The notes beneath the pieces are model-generated. The model did not search any database. It was given only the letters and a program-made list of their open reading frames with translations, and had not been told where the DNA came from. Source: Mobula hypostoma (taxonomy: Eukaryota). From it: a stretch of 64,000 nt of DNA. Positions 60,841 through 64,000 of the stretch are shown here, in pieces. Location: positions 97,218,001 to 97,282,000 of the forward strand of contig NC_086108.1 in assembly GCF_963921235.1 (NCBI RefSeq), read 5' to 3'. Made by a program: the position numbers and the translations under genes. Positions within the stretch are counted from its first letter, which is position 1. Each line of letters opens with the position of its first letter.

Positions 60841-61309
60841 GTTACTGACAAATAAGCAATGTGCAAAATATGACAAACTGTGCCAATAAAAATAAATATT
60901 ACTGAGAACATCTCCTTGAAACTGAGTCTATAGGTTGTACAATCAGTTTGGAGTTGAGGTGAGGGAAGTTGTACACGCCGGTTCAGGAGCCTCGTGGTTC
61001 TAGGGTAATAACTGTTCCTGAACGTGGTGGTGTGGGACCTAAGGCTCCCATACCTCCTGCCTGATGGTAGTAGTGAGAGGAGAACATTGCTTGGGTTGTG
61101 GGTACGTTTAATGATGGATGTTGCCTTCTTGTGGCGATGGCTCATGTGAAAGTGCTCACTGGTTTTTCAAACCCCAACAAATGAGAATCTGTTTCAATGG
61201 AGAAGTGCTTGTATGCTGAATCTACAAGGATTAAGAAAGGAAAGGAAAAGCAATCCCTGGCCACGGGCAGCTCTCCTGCGTGGAAACATCTACAATTCCT
61301 CCGGCTGGA

Positions 61310-61755
61310 TCTTCTTCTTCTTCATGTGCCTTGCGCATTACATGCTTGGGCGATCATGGCTCTCCACATCGAACGATCCCACGCAGCGTCAGTGGTATCT
61401 CGCGCACCTCGATCTGTTAGTCCTTTCACAGTGTCCATATATCTCATTCTTTGCCTTCCCCTTCCGCGTTTCCCAGGCATACGGCCTTGTAATGCAAGGC
61501 ATTCTATTTCTCCCTTTCTGATGACATGGCCCAGGAAATTAAGTTTCCTCTCATTTAATGTTCTCACTAAAGATCTTATTGTATGGGCACGTTGGAGTAC
61601 TGTCTCATTAGTTACCCTATCTCTATATGATATTTTCAGCGTTCTTCTAAGAAACCACATTTCTGTTGCTTCTACGTTTCTTTGGAGTTCTGGTGTTACG
61701 GTCCGTGTTTCGGAAGCATGCAGCAAGATTGACCAGATCTAACATTTTAGTAGCC
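61310..61755 (-). mobile_element. RTE-clade LINE 3' end
   Basis: EATEMWFLRRTLKISYRDRVTNETVL...FLGHVIRK...GKRGRGRQRMRYMD; (GAA)n tail at 61310-61323. Confidence 0.9.
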
Positions 61756-61815
61756 TAAGCCTTGTTGTCGTAGAAATGTGTCTGTTGGTAAAAATGGGTT
61801 TCATTTTTTGGACGC

Positions 61816-62062
61816 GAACACGATGAAGTCTGCGGATGCTGGAATTTCAAGCAACACACATAAAAGTTGCTGGTTAACGCAGCAGGCCAAACAGCATCTC
61901 TAGGAAGAGGTACAGTCGACGTTTCAGGCCGAGACCCTTCGTCAGGACTAACTGAAGGAAGAGCTAGTAAGAGATTTGAAAGTGGGAGGGGGAGGTGGAG
62001 ATCCGAAATGATAGGAGAAGACAGGAGGGTCTGAAATGATAGGAGAAGGCAGGAGGGATGGC
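61816..62062 (-). mobile_element. Penelope pseudo-LTR, close sibling of 40283-40505
   Basis: Near-identical sequence including the hammerhead motif. Confidence 0.88.
61914..61949 (-). ncRNA. Minimal type I hammerhead ribozyme motif
   Basis: Identical to 40377-40412. Confidence 0.85.
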
Positions 62063-62134
62063 CCTTATGGTGCAGAACACTGTCTAATGGATGGCCGGCC
62101 AAACCTTGACTGCATAGGGATCTTCTCCGAGGAT

Positions 62135-62420
62135 TGTCACTTTGTCATGGTGGACAAGCTTGTGAGTTGCTGAGATCCTGGGAGAGATGCCGCTTTGAGC
62201 TTAGTTCCTGGTTGGATCACCCGTGGCGGTAAGGTCAAGGGGGAGGTTCCAGATCAACAACAATCCAACTAAGAGCAATGGCGGAGCTGGTAGAAGGTGA
62301 TGACACATCCATCACAGCAGTGAGGAGTCCCCAGTATTCTTGCTTTCCATGCCTCTGGACCCTGACCGCGATCTGTCATGCGCCATGTGGTGGCTGGCCA
62401 TCCATTAGTCTCCCATGTTA
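62135..62420 (+). mobile_element. RTE 5'-UTR-like non-autonomous fragment
   Basis: cactttgtcatggtgg...ggtaaggtcaagggggaggttccaga; related copy at 18560-18865. Confidence 0.55.
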
Positions 62421-64000
62421 AACACATTCATAAATCACATAAGATTAAGGGAATAATCCCTTAGGAGAACATCTTACTCAGCTCAAGTGATCTCACTGCA
62501 TACAGGTATGTCAAAGGAACTAATCCAAATCAAACTATGACAGAGCCCGACTGATCACAGAGCTAGTGAATTGCTCATCTCCAATTTTTATTAAAGAGAA
62601 AGAATCATTCAATTAATTAAAGACATGTGCAATGAAAATATCTGTCTAAAGATAAATATCATCAAGTTTGTCCCTAAACATTTGGATTGCGGAAAGGATC
62701 AATAACAGCATCATGTTTTAAGCATTCTCATGTTAATCCTTTTATTGAAAAATAATGAAATCGGTATTTCTCCCCCACCGAAGAATTCATAATCTGATCC
62801 AAATCAGAATATATAACGCAGTGGCAAAAGAGGAAGCCAGGGAATAATAAAATTGCAAGAATCCTAAGGACATACTATATGACCAATTATGAAGTCACTT
62901 ATTAAATGGATCCAATTATATGATGAAATGAGACTGGAAGTTATTCCGCACAGGGGGTTTAGTATTCGGAAATAGTTGGCGCGGTAGTAGACATAATTAA
63001 ATAGCAGCATCCCAAAAAAGAAAAATGAAATACTTACAGCTGAAAGTGTTTGAATTGCCATTTTAAATGAGTTACATGAAAGCAACGGTAAAATGTTGTA
63101 TTATTTTTGTGTGTAATAGCTGATTAAAGTAACTTGGCAATTTTACCTGGCTAAAGCCACTGTCTGTGCTTGCACCATATTAATCTCCATCTCAAGATAA
63201 TGAAGGAATGAGCATCACTTCAGGCTTTTCTCCCTGTGACTCCTGCCACCAGAATCATAATCACATTACAGAAAGGAAATTAGTGATATCCTGAGAGAAA
63301 TAATGCCTTTGTAAGCTGTGCTCCATCATTAATTTAGCTTCTCCTTCTCTCAGAGCTGAGGTTGTGGTTTTAAAGAACCTGAGAGGGCTGAGACACTTAG
63401 CTCTCCCTTTATGTTCAAAGAAGGCAGATTGACTTTTTGAATAAATCAGTTCATCATTGGAAGCAACGCAAAATTGTACATGCAGGAAAAGATAAATTAA
63501 TTGATGAGCTTCTAAACGCAAATGCATCCTATTTCACTCAATTGGTTGTCTGATGTTTTAAATTATTCTGTTCATTATGTGGCAGCAGTGCTGACTGTTC
63601 TGGTTTCGGCCCAACTACAAGAGCATTATTTGACTAATCATGCTAATGATGGCATATTTTATATTGTGGCTAACGATGGAGCCATTCATACGTTGCTTAA
63701 GACATTTAGGAGCACTGAACATGAAAGGGGAAAGAAAATGCAATTTGGGAGATGAGACTGTTCTGGCCGCAAAATGAGAAGTACATTTATTTCTGACAAA
63801 AGAGATCGCAAGTGGAAGATTAGCACATGACTGCATTTGCCATCTGGAACTACAGCAGTGGAAAGGTTTTCAGCACAAAGGCTTTAAAGAGGAAAAATAC
63901 TTTCACCTTGACAGAACTGATAGCTTTTTCATTGTGCGGCCTGGCACATTTTCTATATAGATATCTCCTTTTGAAATATCTAAACTATTTAGTACTGAGT

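Overview
Eukaryotic, very repeat-dense window with no confidently identifiable host-gene exon; most likely intergenic or intronic vertebrate DNA. The mix of CR1 LINEs with esterase ORF1, Rex1/Babar fragments, V-domain SINEs and Penelope-like fragments suggests a cartilaginous fish (inference). It holds two long, lightly damaged CR1 copies (11846-15220 +, 45754-49410 -) plus several more decayed ones, many Rex1/Babar 3' ends, RTE and Tx1 fragments, GIY-YIG Penelope-like pieces, a solo LTR, hAT/Tc1/Tigger-type MITEs, tRNA-derived SINEs and three tandem arrays. Most ORFs in the supplied track are transposon remnants or repeat noise. The most interesting signals are non-coding RNA structures. (1) A 562-bp non-autonomous RTE-type element whose first base coincides with the predicted cleavage site of an HDV-like ribozyme carrying an extra hairpin in L3; a decayed second copy and a possible second HDV-like family are also present. 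(2) That element sits inside a ~27-copy tandem array of a 64-bp tRNA-like A/B-box unit. (3) Intact minimal hammerhead motifs occur in Penelope pseudo-LTRs. Structural oddities include a candidate compound transposon bounded by tiny Tc1-like palindromes, a 235-bp local templated insertion, and fold-back duplications. All structures were paired by eye and family assignments rest on recognised motifs, not database searches.
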